IMG/VR virus record: IMGVR_UViG_3300015371_000010
Span: 18,688-82,687 of that record
Direction: 5' to 3' (one strand)
Origin: a virus
DNA length: 64,000 bases
The position numbers and the translations under genes were made by a program. Each line of letters starts with the position of its first letter. Positions within the stretch are counted from its first letter, which is position 1. Under the pieces are notes generated by a model. That model made no database searches. It saw only the letters and a list, made by a program, of their open reading frames with translations, and was not told the origin of the DNA. Below, in pieces: positions 54,847 through 63,843 of this stretch.

Positions 54847-55211
54847 TGGCTGACGGCAGCATCACCGACGAGCAGGCCCACATCTGGTTGCAGGAGGTCG
54901 CGGACAACGGCTGGGTCAGCCTGCACTACGACACCCCGTCCCTGGGTGGCGCGGACCAGGCCGAGATCGCCGGCGGTGGCTATGTCCGGGTGAAGATGAG
55001 CTGGACCCAGCCGAACAACCGGGCCATCTGGTCCCTGGTGGATGCTCGGTTCACCGGGCTGGTGCAGACCAAGGTGACCTACTTCGGGGTCTGGGACAGC
55101 CAGTACCAGGGCATGCTGCGCGCCTACGCCGAGCTCCCGGAGCCGGCCACGGTGCTCCAAGGCAAGGGCTACATCCTCCATGCTGGACTCCTGGCCGTCT
55201 CCTTCGGATGA
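54846..55211 (+). CDS. Minor tail protein, paralog-like of 51201-51641
   Basis: VSLH...P.......EIAGGGYVR...TYFGVWD...G. Confidence 0.65.
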   Translation: MADGSITDEQAHIWLQEVADNGWVSLHYDTPSLGGADQAEIAGGGYVRVKMSWTQPNNRAIWSLVDARFTGLVQTKVTYFGVWDSQYQGMLRAYAELPEPATVLQGKGYILHAGLLAVSFG

Positions 55212-55295
55212 CCCGTTCTGGGTCAAGGTGCTCTACGCCGTGGCCTGGACGATGGTCACCGTCGGCTATCTGGTGCGCGACCTGGTTTCGGGCAT

Positions 55296-55353
55296 AAAAA
55301 AAGGCCCGAGAGGGCCCGCCCCTCCCGAAGGAGAGACGGGCCCGTGGGTCCTT
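55296..55353 (-). terminator. Intrinsic terminator at the convergence of the two arms
   Basis: Long hairpin with a cUUCGg loop on the minus strand followed by U7 (A-run 55296-55302 on +). Confidence 0.75.
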
Positions 55354-55355
55354 GA

Positions 55356-55637
55356 TCAGCCGCCAGCGAACTGGGCGGTCATGCGGATCTGCTCGGTCTC
55401 GGGGTTGAAGGTCCGGGTGGAGACCTCCTCCTTGATCTTGCCACCGCCCCAGCCCTGGACCTCGACGGTCTCGAAGGCGGCCATGCCGGTCAGCAGGGCC
55501 TTCTCGAAGGCGTCCTTGGCTGCCAGCACCGACTGTAGGTCGTCCTTGTCCCAGGTCACCTCGTTGATGGACCCCATCAGGATCCGCCCGGTCACCTTGG
55601 GCTCCTTCTTCGGCCGCAGGGCCGTCATCACACTCAT
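55356..55637 (-). CDS. Hypothetical protein
   Basis: GAAGGGA RBS; minus-strand codon bias. Confidence 0.7.
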   Translation of the reverse strand: MSVMTALRPKKEPKVTGRILMGSINEVTWDKDDLQSVLAAKDAFEKALLTGMAAFETVEVQGWGGGKIKEEVSTRTFNPETEQIRMTAQFAGG

Positions 55638-55663
55638 CTGGCATTCCCTTCATCTGTTGGACA

Positions 55664-55704
55664 TGCAGAAACCCCCGACCCCCTCCGAAGAGGGAGCCGG
55701 GGGC
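55664..55704 (-). terminator. Terminator-like hairpin
   Basis: Minus strand CCCCCGGCTCCCTC-TTCG-GAGGGGGTCGGGGG followed by TTTCTGCATGTCC. Confidence 0.6.
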
Positions 55705-55775
55705 TGGAGTGGGTCTCGTCACCCACCACTCACGGTCACACGACTGGACTCGACGACCGTGAGAGTCTCATCAGG

Positions 55776-56831
55776 CTAGCTAGCTTTTGGGTGGTCGATG
55801 ACCTCGGCACCCTCGGACTCAGCCTGCTCATCCTCAGTCTGCTCCTCGTCCTCGGTGTCCGACTTCAGGTCTTCGTACTCCCCGGACTCGTACTCGGCGT
55901 CGGAGAGCGGGCCGAAGGCGTCCTCCTGGGAGATGATGCGCGAGGCGACCTTGGGCATGACCAGCTCGCCGGTGCGCGACCGGGCCGCGATCTTCTGGAC
56001 GTAGGAGCGCTCCACGTCGAGGTTCCAGGCCTTGAGGAACATGGCGATCTGGACCTGAGTCTGCAGATGCTCGTTGTTCTTGGCCGCCGTACTGAACCGG
56101 TTGACCAGGGCCAGCAGAGCGGATCCCTCACGCTCTCGGTGCAGGTGCGCGATCCGGTCCAGGAACATGTCGGCCTCGACGTGGCCGGCCTCCTGGGCGA
56201 TCCACCAGTGTGCAGCGCCCAACGGTGAGGGTGGGAACACCTTCTGGAGCATCCCGGAGCGTGCGGCGTAGGCGCCCATCTCCGCGGAGTGCGCGAGATC
56301 CGGGTGTCGTTCCACCATGTCCAGGATCTCCTCGTTGGAGACCTTGATCTTCTTCCCCGTCGCCGCGCCCTGCTCCAGCAGCCAGGCCCAGCGCGCGACG
56401 CTGGCCAGGATGATGTAGTTGGCGTAGCCCTCGAACTTCAGCGCGTCCGCCGCGGTCCGAGCGATGCCGGTGTCGATCTGGTTCTGGGTGCTCGGCGGAA
56501 CGTCGCGGAGCACGTACCAGCGCTGGGTGGTGCGCGACTGGACCTGGGCGTGAAGACGGTGCTGACCGTCGATCAGGTTGCCATCCCAGTCGTAGACGAT
56601 GAAGCCGGCAGCGGCCCGGTACTGGAGCTTGGCCTCCTTGGCGCCCCAGAGCTTGTCCACCATCGAGCGCATGTACTGCTCGACTCGGGCCATGCGCAGG
56701 TTGCGGTTGGAGTTGTTCTTGGCCAGCGCCTCTTGGGCCATCTGCCAGGACCACACCTCCGGGACCACGTCCGCCCCGCAGATGGTCGGGGTCGGCTTTG
56801 TCTTGCCCCGACCGCGCTTGCCTGTAGTCAT
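55776..56831 (-). CDS. ParB/Srx N-terminal-like (DGQHR) protein
   Basis: NRNLR, LIDGQHRLHA, IDTGIART; acidic tail. Confidence 0.75.
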   Translation of the reverse strand: MTTGKRGRGKTKPTPTICGADVVPEVWSWQMAQEALAKNNSNRNLRMARVEQYMRSMVDKLWGAKEAKLQYRAAAGFIVYDWDGNLIDGQHRLHAQVQSRTTQRWYVLRDVPPSTQNQIDTGIARTAADALKFEGYANYIILASVARWAWLLEQGAATGKKIKVSNEEILDMVERHPDLAHSAEMGAYAARSGMLQKVFPPSPLGAAHWWIAQEAGHVEADMFLDRIAHLHREREGSALLALVNRFSTAAKNNEHLQTQVQIAMFLKAWNLDVERSYVQKIAARSRTGELVMPKVASRIISQEDAFGPLSDAEYESGEYEDLKSDTEDEEQTEDEQAESEGAEVIDHPKAS

Positions 56832-57127
56832 CTGGTATTCCCTTTCATGTGATGTGAGGAGTCAGCGGTGCGCTGTTCTCCGTACTTCAGCCCGAGGATG
56901 AAGCCCAGGATGAAGACCTGGGCCCAGCTCTGCGGGTCTCCGGGGTCCACGTCATGGGACTTGAAGAAGGCAGCGATCGCGTTGAACGCGGTCTCGGCCA
57001 TCTCCCCGGAGTCGATCCCAGTGACAGCCTCGAACGAGGGGCCGCTGGCGATCTCCTGGGTCAGCTCGTTGATGAGCCTGTCCAGGTTGGGGTCACCGCT
57101 CTGTTCCGGTGCGTGCCAGGTGGGCAC
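56828..57127 (-). CDS. Hypothetical protein
   Basis: GTG 57127 after GAAGGGA; hydrophobic C-terminal helix. Confidence 0.6.
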   Translation of the reverse strand: MPTWHAPEQSGDPNLDRLINELTQEIASGPSFEAVTGIDSGEMAETAFNAIAAFFKSHDVDPGDPQSWAQVFILGFILGLKYGEQRTADSSHHMKGNTR

Positions 57128-57197
57128 ATTCCATTCCCTTCTGGAGAGCCCGTGAGGGACCGGGGCGTGACAGACACCGGCCCCCCACGGACGACTG

Positions 57198-57938
57198 TTA
57201 GGACTCGCCGTAGCGCTCCTGGATCCACTTCTCGCGTTCCGTGCCCTTCTCAGCGGCGAGGATGACACCAACAGCGAGGTCCTTCTCCAGCAACGCCTTG
57301 ACGGTGGCGGCGTCCATGTGGAAGAACTTCGCCTCCTCGTCGAGACCCTTGACCATCTCGGCCATCAGCTGGTTCTTCATGCCCTGTTCCTCGATCAGAT
57401 CGAGGATCCGAGGCTGGGCCATCGCATGTTGCAGGTAGGCGAACATGTAGCCCGCCGCCCCGCCTTCCTCCGCGCTCAGGTAGGTGTGGTTGACCTCGTC
57501 CCAGTGCACGGTGTCTTCCTTGATCCGAAACGCCTGACTGCTGAACCCGTACTCACCGCCACGCTCGTGGATCGAGGAGGTGAGCCCCTCGATCACCCAG
57601 CCCCGGTCCAGTGCATCCGGGTTGGTCTGAGCCACGTACTGCATCTCGTGGGTGCGCCATTCCTTCCCGGTGATCGGGGACTGCGGAAGGTGGCTCTGGT
57701 AGCCCTCGAAGGTGACGCACATGGTGTCGGCGTTGAAGCCGGTTGCCGCCATGGAACCGGCCTGTAGCGCGATGTCCCGATCCAGCGTGCAGATCACGGT
57801 GGCGACCAGGTGGTCACCACGCCAGAGGTGCAGATGGATCGGGAGATCGGTGTTGTTGGGCTTGTTGGCGACCCAGGACTCCTTGACCTCCCGCATCGCC
57901 ACCGTGATCGCCTCCAGCTTCTCTCGGAGGGTGGTCAC
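57198..57938 (-). CDS. Hypothetical protein
   Basis: Codon bias; GTGA coupling. Confidence 0.75.
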   Translation of the reverse strand: MTTLREKLEAITVAMREVKESWVANKPNNTDLPIHLHLWRGDHLVATVICTLDRDIALQAGSMAATGFNADTMCVTFEGYQSHLPQSPITGKEWRTHEMQYVAQTNPDALDRGWVIEGLTSSIHERGGEYGFSSQAFRIKEDTVHWDEVNHTYLSAEEGGAAGYMFAYLQHAMAQPRILDLIEEQGMKNQLMAEMVKGLDEEAKFFHMDAATVKALLEKDLAVGVILAAEKGTEREKWIQERYGES

Positions 57939-58594
57939 CTGGGGTCACCCTCACTCGCCAGGACGATCCCGTCGAACTCGTCGCGCTCGGCCCAGCTCGC
58001 ACCCAGGGCATGACCGGACATGTAGCTCGCGGCCGTGGTCGCGGTACCGGTCATCATCCAGATGTCCCAGACCTTGTTATGGTCCACCTCCGAGTGTGCG
58101 AACCCGGTGATGTGCGAGATGTGGGACAGCCCGCCGACGACGTAGTCGGTGAAGAACTCCAGCACCGCCGGGTCCTCGGCGAACCCATCGCCCATGGTCT
58201 TGGACTTGGCCCGGAAGTCGTCGTCGTGGAACAGGTGCTCCACGTTGCCGAAGTGCATGCACATCTTGACCAGGTGGTCGTCGTGATGCCCGATCAGCAC
58301 GCCGTCGGAGAAGACCAACATGCACATGGCGATCATCCGGTCGACCAGGAACTCCCCGGTCTTGGCCAGCAGGTCGTCACCGGCCGAAGGCAGGGTGGAC
58401 CCGGCGAAGTGCCGGTAGGCCCTACGCACCAGCACGTGCAGCTTCTCGTCGTAGTGGTGACGCATCCCGTTGAAGCCGGGACACAGCTCATCGTCACCGC
58501 TACGCAGCACCTGGATCGGACCCGGGGTGCCTTCCTGCTGCGTCCGGGTCTTGGCGAACGCTGTTTTGACCTGGTCGACCAGATCGGTGCTCAT
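57935..58594 (-). CDS. Hypothetical protein
   Basis: Codon bias; ATGA coupling. Confidence 0.75.
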   Translation of the reverse strand: MSTDLVDQVKTAFAKTRTQQEGTPGPIQVLRSGDDELCPGFNGMRHHYDEKLHVLVRRAYRHFAGSTLPSAGDDLLAKTGEFLVDRMIAMCMLVFSDGVLIGHHDDHLVKMCMHFGNVEHLFHDDDFRAKSKTMGDGFAEDPAVLEFFTDYVVGGLSHISHITGFAHSEVDHNKVWDIWMMTGTATTAASYMSGHALGASWAERDEFDGIVLASEGDPR

Positions 58595-58857
58595 GCGGGC
58601 CCCCTCTGCAGGAGGAACTCCAGGAACTCGTTCTTCAGCGCGCGGGTCATCATCACCGGGGTCTCCAGGTCCTCCTGGTAGGCCCGGCCGGCTACGAAGC
58701 AGAGCACGCAGATGTTCTCCTCCTCGCGGGTCATCTCGATCTCCTGGAGCTTCAGCAGGTGTTGGATCACCTCCCGCAGCTCATTCTCCTCGTGACCACC
58801 GACATCGACGCCGGTCGTCTCGATGGCCCCCTGGGTGAAGGCCTCGGTTATGTCCAT
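58591..58857 (-). CDS. Hypothetical protein
   Basis: CACATGAAAGGGA upstream. Confidence 0.7.
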   Translation of the reverse strand: MDITEAFTQGAIETTGVDVGGHEENELREVIQHLLKLQEIEMTREEENICVLCFVAGRAYQEDLETPVMMTRALKNEFLEFLLQRGPA

Positions 58858-58944
58858 GTCATCCCTTTCATGTGCGGAGAACCCCGGAGGGTGACGTGAC
58901 CGGCACTCACGTCGACCACGCCATCCCTCCGGGGGGCTTTGGAA

Positions 58945-60450
58945 CTACTCGCGGACCAGGATCTCCCCCGTGTCCCCCACGTCCACGAAGTGGCGCTGCA
59001 GCTCGTCCGCGATCAGGACGCGGAACTGCGCCTCCAGAGGCTCCGGCTTCTTGGGCCGGTCCTCGGACTCGGTGTGCAGCTGCCATGCCGGACGCAGAGC
59101 GTTGGCACAGCGCACGAAGTCCTCGGTAGCCAGCGGTTGACCCAGCTCGCGAGTCCGGATCACCGACTGCTTGGAGACGCCCTTGAGCGCCTGCACGATC
59201 CACGAGGGAGCGTAGCCCTCGTAGGCGGTGTGCAGTTGCTCGTAGTCGAGCTCCTCACGCTGCTCCTCCGGGATGAGCACGTTGATCAGCCGCTCCACGC
59301 CAGCCTTGTCCAGGTCGCTGACGTAGACCATCCGGTTGATCCGGCCGGCTCGCGTCATCGCCTTGGGCAGTTCTCCGACGTGGTTGGAGGTCATGAGCAG
59401 GAGCACCTCACGACCCTTGGTCCGCATGCCGTCGAACTGCTCCAGGAGCTGGTCCATCTTCTGCGGGTTCTGACTGATCAGCTTCTCCATGTCCTCGATC
59501 ACCAGGACCGTCGGCGTGCCGAGGAGCTCGGCGAACCGCAGGACATGCTTGAGGTCCTCGTCCCAGCGAGCCTGGATGAACGACCACTCGTGCTCCAGGC
59601 AGTGCTGAGCGGTGACCGCGGCGGCCAGCGTCTTGCCGGTGCCGTTCTCACCGTGGAGCAGGACCTTGTTCCCGATCTCGTTGCCGTTCTGCCGGAGCAG
59701 TTCGGTGCACCAGATGTGACCCCATACCTCATCTTCCAGTGCCTCCGCGACATCGGTGGAGTACACCACCTTCTCGCGGTCCACGATGTACGGGTTGAAG
59801 AACTCCGGCTCCTTGTAGGTGCCGGACACGATTCGACCGACACCGATCAGGGCCTTGTTCCGGTAGATCGAGTTCTCCCGGATGTAGGCCTCGACCAGCA
59901 TCAGCAGGCCGCGGATCTCCACCTCGAACTTCTTCTTCGCCATGACGTAGACCTGGAAGGCCATCCCGTAGTCGTCGTCCTGACGCTCCTGGAGGTAGAA
60001 CTGCGCCCCCAGCGGTGGGAAGTTCAGAAGCCCGAAGGGCACCTGCACCTCCTCGGTCGGAGAGATCTTCACCGTACGGAGCTCGGGGAGCTGACCCCCG
60101 AAGAACGACCGGATCTCCTTGCCGATCGCCGTCATGCCGAACACGTCCTTCAGCACCTTGTTGAAGGCGTAGGCGCCGTCGAGCGGCCGGCACTCGAACT
60201 CCTTGGTGAACTCGTGCATGGCCTCTTCGGCCTCGGCCTGCGCCAGCAGCATGTTCGCTGCCTTCTTCAGGCTCATCTTGGTGGGCTTGGACGGCAGCGC
60301 GATGCGGATGCCGTCGTCCTCCCTGTACTCGAACGCGGACTCGATGGTGATCCGGCCCCCCGCGACATCCCGGAGGAAGTCATTGGCCTTCTTCACCACG
60401 CCCTTGTTCGTCTTGTCGGTCCACATGCTCTCTTCTGCTGTGTTGGTCAC
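58945..60450 (-). CDS. AAA+ ATPase
   Basis: VLLHGENGTGKT, LVIEDME, LMTSNH, Arg-finger RAGRINR. Confidence 0.9.
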   Translation of the reverse strand: MTNTAEESMWTDKTNKGVVKKANDFLRDVAGGRITIESAFEYREDDGIRIALPSKPTKMSLKKAANMLLAQAEAEEAMHEFTKEFECRPLDGAYAFNKVLKDVFGMTAIGKEIRSFFGGQLPELRTVKISPTEEVQVPFGLLNFPPLGAQFYLQERQDDDYGMAFQVYVMAKKKFEVEIRGLLMLVEAYIRENSIYRNKALIGVGRIVSGTYKEPEFFNPYIVDREKVVYSTDVAEALEDEVWGHIWCTELLRQNGNEIGNKVLLHGENGTGKTLAAAVTAQHCLEHEWSFIQARWDEDLKHVLRFAELLGTPTVLVIEDMEKLISQNPQKMDQLLEQFDGMRTKGREVLLLMTSNHVGELPKAMTRAGRINRMVYVSDLDKAGVERLINVLIPEEQREELDYEQLHTAYEGYAPSWIVQALKGVSKQSVIRTRELGQPLATEDFVRCANALRPAWQLHTESEDRPKKPEPLEAQFRVLIADELQRHFVDVGDTGEILVRE

Positions 60451-60464
60451 TAGATGGGGTCTCT

Positions 60465-60725
60465 CTACTCGATTGGACCAAGTTGATCAGCGGATGCTTC
60501 TACATCTGGACGGCACCGGTCGTAGCGGGCGTCATGGTGGTGCACGCGCACGTGCTTGTACTGGTCCTCCAGCAGGAGCTTGGCGCGATCTTCGAGGCCC
60601 TCGAACGCAGCCACCCGGATGTAGGTCTGGGTGCGCTGGCCGAGCCTCTGCAGTAGGGGCGCGCTGAGTGGTTTCTTCGCCTCATAGACGGCATCCACCA
60701 CGATGCGAGCCCGATAGATGGGCAA
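60465..60725 (-). CDS. Hypothetical protein
   Basis: GAAAGG RBS before TTG. Confidence 0.5.
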   Translation of the reverse strand: MPIYRARIVVDAVYEAKKPLSAPLLQRLGQRTQTYIRVAAFEGLEDRAKLLLEDQYKHVRVHHHDARYDRCRPDVEASADQLGPIE

Positions 60726-60773
60726 TGTCGAACCTTTCCAGTCGGGGTATCTAGAACTGGTTCTGTATGGGTC

Positions 60774-61172
60774 CTACGTGTCGTTCTCCTCTCCGTTGGC
60801 TTCAGAGAAGAGCGCCTGGTACTGCTCCTGGACGCTCTCAAAGTCGTCAGTCCTGGTTGTCCAGCTCGTCTGCGGTGGCGTGTACAGGATGAAGTGGAAG
60901 CTGCGGTCGGGCAGGTACTCCACGACCGTCGTCCGGGGTCCGCCGAGACCCAGGTGATGGGCGGAGATATAGGCCACGCCCTTGAGCACGCCCTGCTCTT
61001 CAAGGCGCTCCCGAACGCGGCGCAGCTCCCCGGACTGGAACTCACTGCGGTAGATCGCCTCCCTGACCTCGTTGTGATGGTCGAAGAAGACGATCCGCTC
61101 GCCCACAGGTCCCTGGATCTCTACCCGGACCGCCTTGTTGAACGCGCCGTCCTGCGGCGCGCGCCTGGTCAT
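60774..61172 (-). CDS. Hypothetical protein
   Basis: ATGA coupling with the upstream gene. Confidence 0.65.
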   Translation of the reverse strand: MTRRAPQDGAFNKAVRVEIQGPVGERIVFFDHHNEVREAIYRSEFQSGELRRVRERLEEQGVLKGVAYISAHHLGLGGPRTTVVEYLPDRSFHFILYTPPQTSWTTRTDDFESVQEQYQALFSEANGEENDT

Positions 61173-61429
61173 GCCCCCACCTGCTCGTCACCGAACTCGT
61201 ACTCGACGAGCTGCTTCATCTCCGGTGACGGCTCGCCGAACTCGACCTTGCGGAGCACTCGACCCTTTTCGTCAAGGAACTCCAGGGCGAAGTTGGCGTT
61301 CTTCACCTGGGCGATCGCGTTGGAGACGCGATCCATCCAGTGGATGTCGGTGCGCGTGAAGTTGCCGGCTTCGGTCTCGAAGACGAATCTGGCTTCACGC
61401 ACCCCCTGCTTCATGTTGGCCATGGTCAT
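61169..61429 (-). CDS. Hypothetical protein
   Basis: GGAAAGGA RBS. Confidence 0.7.
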   Translation of the reverse strand: MTMANMKQGVREARFVFETEAGNFTRTDIHWMDRVSNAIAQVKNANFALEFLDEKGRVLRKVEFGEPSPEMKQLVEYEFGDEQVGA

Positions 61430-61458
61430 CGTCCTTTCCTTGATGTGAATCTCATGAC

Positions 61459-61497
61459 AGAAGGGAGAGGAGCCGCCCCCCAGCGGCTCCTCCCCCT
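61459..61497 (-). terminator. Terminator-like hairpin
   Basis: GGGAGAGGAGCCGC-loop-GCGGCTCCTCCCCC; followed by TTCTGT on the minus strand. Confidence 0.6.
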
Positions 61498-61517
61498 CCT
61501 TGGTGGTGATGCAGGTA

Positions 61518-62339
61518 CTACTTGGCCGAGATCAGCGCGGCCTTGAGCTGAGCCACGTCCTTGAGACGCTGGGCCTCACGCTCGACGCCCTGTCGCATGG
61601 CGCTGAGCGACCACATCTCCTCGTTCGGCTCCGTCCGCAGCGCGGAGGCCTTGCAGGCCCGGTAGATGTCGGGCACCGAGGCGTTCTTGGTGACCTTGCC
61701 CCCGTTCCCGCTGCGCACCTGGAGCAGGAACAGCCGACCGGTGAGGTCGGAGAACAGGTCCACGTCCTCCTCAGCCGAAGCCGTGTTCTGCAGGCTCTCC
61801 AGGTACTCGTACCGAGACTCGATGGTCTCGTCCGAGCTGAGGTCGATGTCCAGCGTGGACTCGTAGCTCTCACCCTGGGTCGGGATCGACAGGCGGCCCT
61901 CCGTCGCCGGCGACGCGAGCGCCACGGGCCGACGGGCACGCCAGAACAGGATGACCAGAGCGGCGGTGACCGCGGTCATCGCGCCGATCATGAACAACGG
62001 CGGCATGACAGCGCCGACGACGCCACCACCGAGCACCCACGGCACCGGCCCACGCCAGACACCGTGCCGGAGCCAGCCGCCGAAGCTGCGGGCCTGAGCC
62101 ACCGTCCAGCGGACCGGGGCGAGGTTCCACACCCACTTGGCACCGCTGACGATCTTGTCGCGCGACCACTGCAGGGCGCGCACGAACCAGTTGCCGACCC
62201 GCTTCAGGCCGGCCTTGATCTTCTGCCCCCAGTTGCTGAGGCGGGTTCCGACGCGGGCCCAGAAGCCCTCGGCGGTGGGGATGCTGGAGGCCGGACGAAC
62301 CGCCACCTCAACATCCGGGGAGACAACGGCAGTAGCCAT
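61518..62339 (-). CDS. Membrane protein (amphipathic Trp/Arg helices + 2 TM + soluble domain)
   Basis: ATG 62339 after CACATGAAAGGA; W-periodic amphipathic stretch, then hydrophobic segments. Confidence 0.7.
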   Translation of the reverse strand: MATAVVSPDVEVAVRPASSIPTAEGFWARVGTRLSNWGQKIKAGLKRVGNWFVRALQWSRDKIVSGAKWVWNLAPVRWTVAQARSFGGWLRHGVWRGPVPWVLGGGVVGAVMPPLFMIGAMTAVTAALVILFWRARRPVALASPATEGRLSIPTQGESYESTLDIDLSSDETIESRYEYLESLQNTASAEEDVDLFSDLTGRLFLLQVRSGNGGKVTKNASVPDIYRACKASALRTEPNEEMWSLSAMRQGVEREAQRLKDVAQLKAALISAK

Positions 62340-62412
62340 TGTTGTGATTCCTTTCATGTGGTTTCGACTGCTGTCCTGGGAGTGCCACTCCTCCACCACG
62401 CCGTGGTGCGGA

Positions 62413-62452
62413 CATGCAAAAAGCCCCGCAGCCATCTGGGCTACGGGGCTTG
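62413..62452 (-). terminator. Intrinsic terminator-like hairpin
   Basis: AAGCCCCGTAGCC-CAGAT-GGCTGCGGGGCTT followed by TTTGCATGT on the minus strand. Confidence 0.7.
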
Positions 62453-62483
62453 CGTGCGGGCATGCTTACGCCAGCACAGGACT

Positions 62484-62513
62484 ATTGTATCACATTTCAT
62501 ACACAACAGTCCA
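62484..62513 (-). promoter_or_regulatory. SigA-like promoter with extended -10
   Basis: Minus strand TGGACT-N18-TACAAT with TGn before the -10; AT-rich patch. Confidence 0.65.
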
Positions 62514-62515
62514 GG

Positions 62516-63226
62516 TCAGTTGGTGAGGTTGGGGAAGTTCCACTCCTCGTCGGTCAGATCACCGATCTGATCGCAGTCCTCACAACGGAGTCGCGCCTGG
62601 TGCTCTGATTCCTCCTCGACATCGCTGACCGGGACGTAGTGGTCCTGGTCGTCGAGGGTCACCAGACCGACCTTCGCGGTGTAGGTGATCTGTCGGACCA
62701 CCTCGATGATCACGTGCCGGCCCTGGCAGGCCGGGCACGCAATGATGCGAGGCACCGTGTCCGGCGCCTGCTTGGCCAGCTCATCGGTCCACTTCAAGTA
62801 GGTCTGCTCGACCCACTCCGGCAGCTCCTCGGGGAAGCCCTCGGTGAGCCACTTGCGCGCCTCTCGGTACCGGTAGGAGCTGATCGGGAACAGCTTGAGC
62901 CTGCTGACCCAGCCGATCGTGAGCTCGGGGTCCACTCGCGAGAACAGCTGACACAGCACGTGGGAGGCCCAACCGGAGCCGGCCAGGCCGGCCATCCGTT
63001 CCTCCCAGTCCGGGAACTCCTCAGCATGCTTTGCCGGATCAACACCCTTGGCGATCACGAAGTCACGCTCCAGTGGGGTGTTCGCCATGGCCAGGATGGC
63101 GTGGCTGCCGGGCCCGAAGTCGAGCTGGGCCTGAATCGGTTGGATCCGATCCTCGAAGGCCTCGGACGGGCCCACGAAGGAGGTACCGCCGAGCAGCAGC
63201 ATCATCAGCGGATGGGGTTCACTCAT
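62516..63226 (-). CDS. Hypothetical protein with C-terminal Zn ribbon
   Basis: CPAC...CEDC. Confidence 0.7.
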   Translation of the reverse strand: MSEPHPLMMLLLGGTSFVGPSEAFEDRIQPIQAQLDFGPGSHAILAMANTPLERDFVIAKGVDPAKHAEEFPDWEERMAGLAGSGWASHVLCQLFSRVDPELTIGWVSRLKLFPISSYRYREARKWLTEGFPEELPEWVEQTYLKWTDELAKQAPDTVPRIIACPACQGRHVIIEVVRQITYTAKVGLVTLDDQDHYVPVSDVEEESEHQARLRCEDCDQIGDLTDEEWNFPNLTN

Positions 63227-63329
63227 CTCTTCTCATTCCTTTCACGTCGCGGATCATGTTGCGGATCGTGATCCACACTGCGATCGCCAGGATCGCGGTG
63301 ATGAACAGACCCACAGCGTCGACCACCAT
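63219..63329 (-). CDS. 36-aa membrane protein
   Basis: MVVDAVGLFITAILAIAVWITIRNMIRDVKGMRRDE; AAGGAG upstream. Confidence 0.55.
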   Translation of the reverse strand: MVVDAVGLFITAILAIAVWITIRNMIRDVKGMRRDE

Positions 63330-63331
63330 CC

Positions 63332-63622
63332 TCAAGAGAGCTCCTTGTAGACCTCGACGTACTTCTTGCAGGTGGCGCCGAACCAGTAGACCCAGCTGGC
63401 GATGGGCATGGGACCGGGATCCTCGGCACCGTCCAGCGAGATCGTGTCCCACACGGGCTCGCCATAGCCGCCCTTGCAGATCTGGATCTCATCGCTGTGG
63501 CCGTCCCAGATGAAGGAGAGCAGCGTCTCCTTGTCGTAGTAGGCCAGATGTGGCACCCCGTCCTCACTCTGCAGCGGCAGGGCGCCGAACGATGACGGCT
63601 TGGAGTCGGGGTCACTGGTCAC
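63332..63622 (-). CDS. Hypothetical protein
   Basis: GTGA overlap and GGAGGAG RBS. Confidence 0.65.
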   Translation of the reverse strand: MTSDPDSKPSSFGALPLQSEDGVPHLAYYDKETLLSFIWDGHSDEIQICKGGYGEPVWDTISLDGAEDPGPMPIASWVYWFGATCKKYVEVYKELS

Positions 63623-63843
63623 GCGAACTCCTCCCAGGTGAGCATCGACTCCAGCTGCATCTGAACCCACTCCCCGGGCAGCTGCTCACCGTCCAGGTCC
63701 CGCATCACCGCGACATCGTTGACCAGGGCGCGGATCGCGGACTCCTGGCGGTGCAGCTTGGCCCAGGTGCCGATGTAGCAGGCGATGTAGCCGGCGATGC
63801 ACCCACAGATCGCGGAGAGGATGATGACGATGAGGACAGTCAC
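63619..63843 (-). CDS. Small membrane-anchored protein
   Basis: N-terminal TM helix; GGAGGAG RBS. Confidence 0.65.
   Translation of the reverse strand: MTVLIVIILSAICGCIAGYIACYIGTWAKLHRQESAIRALVNDVAVMRDLDGEQLPGEWVQMQLESMLTWEEFA

Noticed and set aside
55180-55779. Plus-strand ORF with a TM-like N-terminus after the last tail gene
   Set aside because: It runs through the terminator and antisense across the 55356-55637 gene. A short real product cannot be excluded but is unsupported.
57140-58940. Intergenic stems as tRNA genes
   Set aside because: No cloverleaf, T-loop GTTCGA or CCA end; they are single hairpins.
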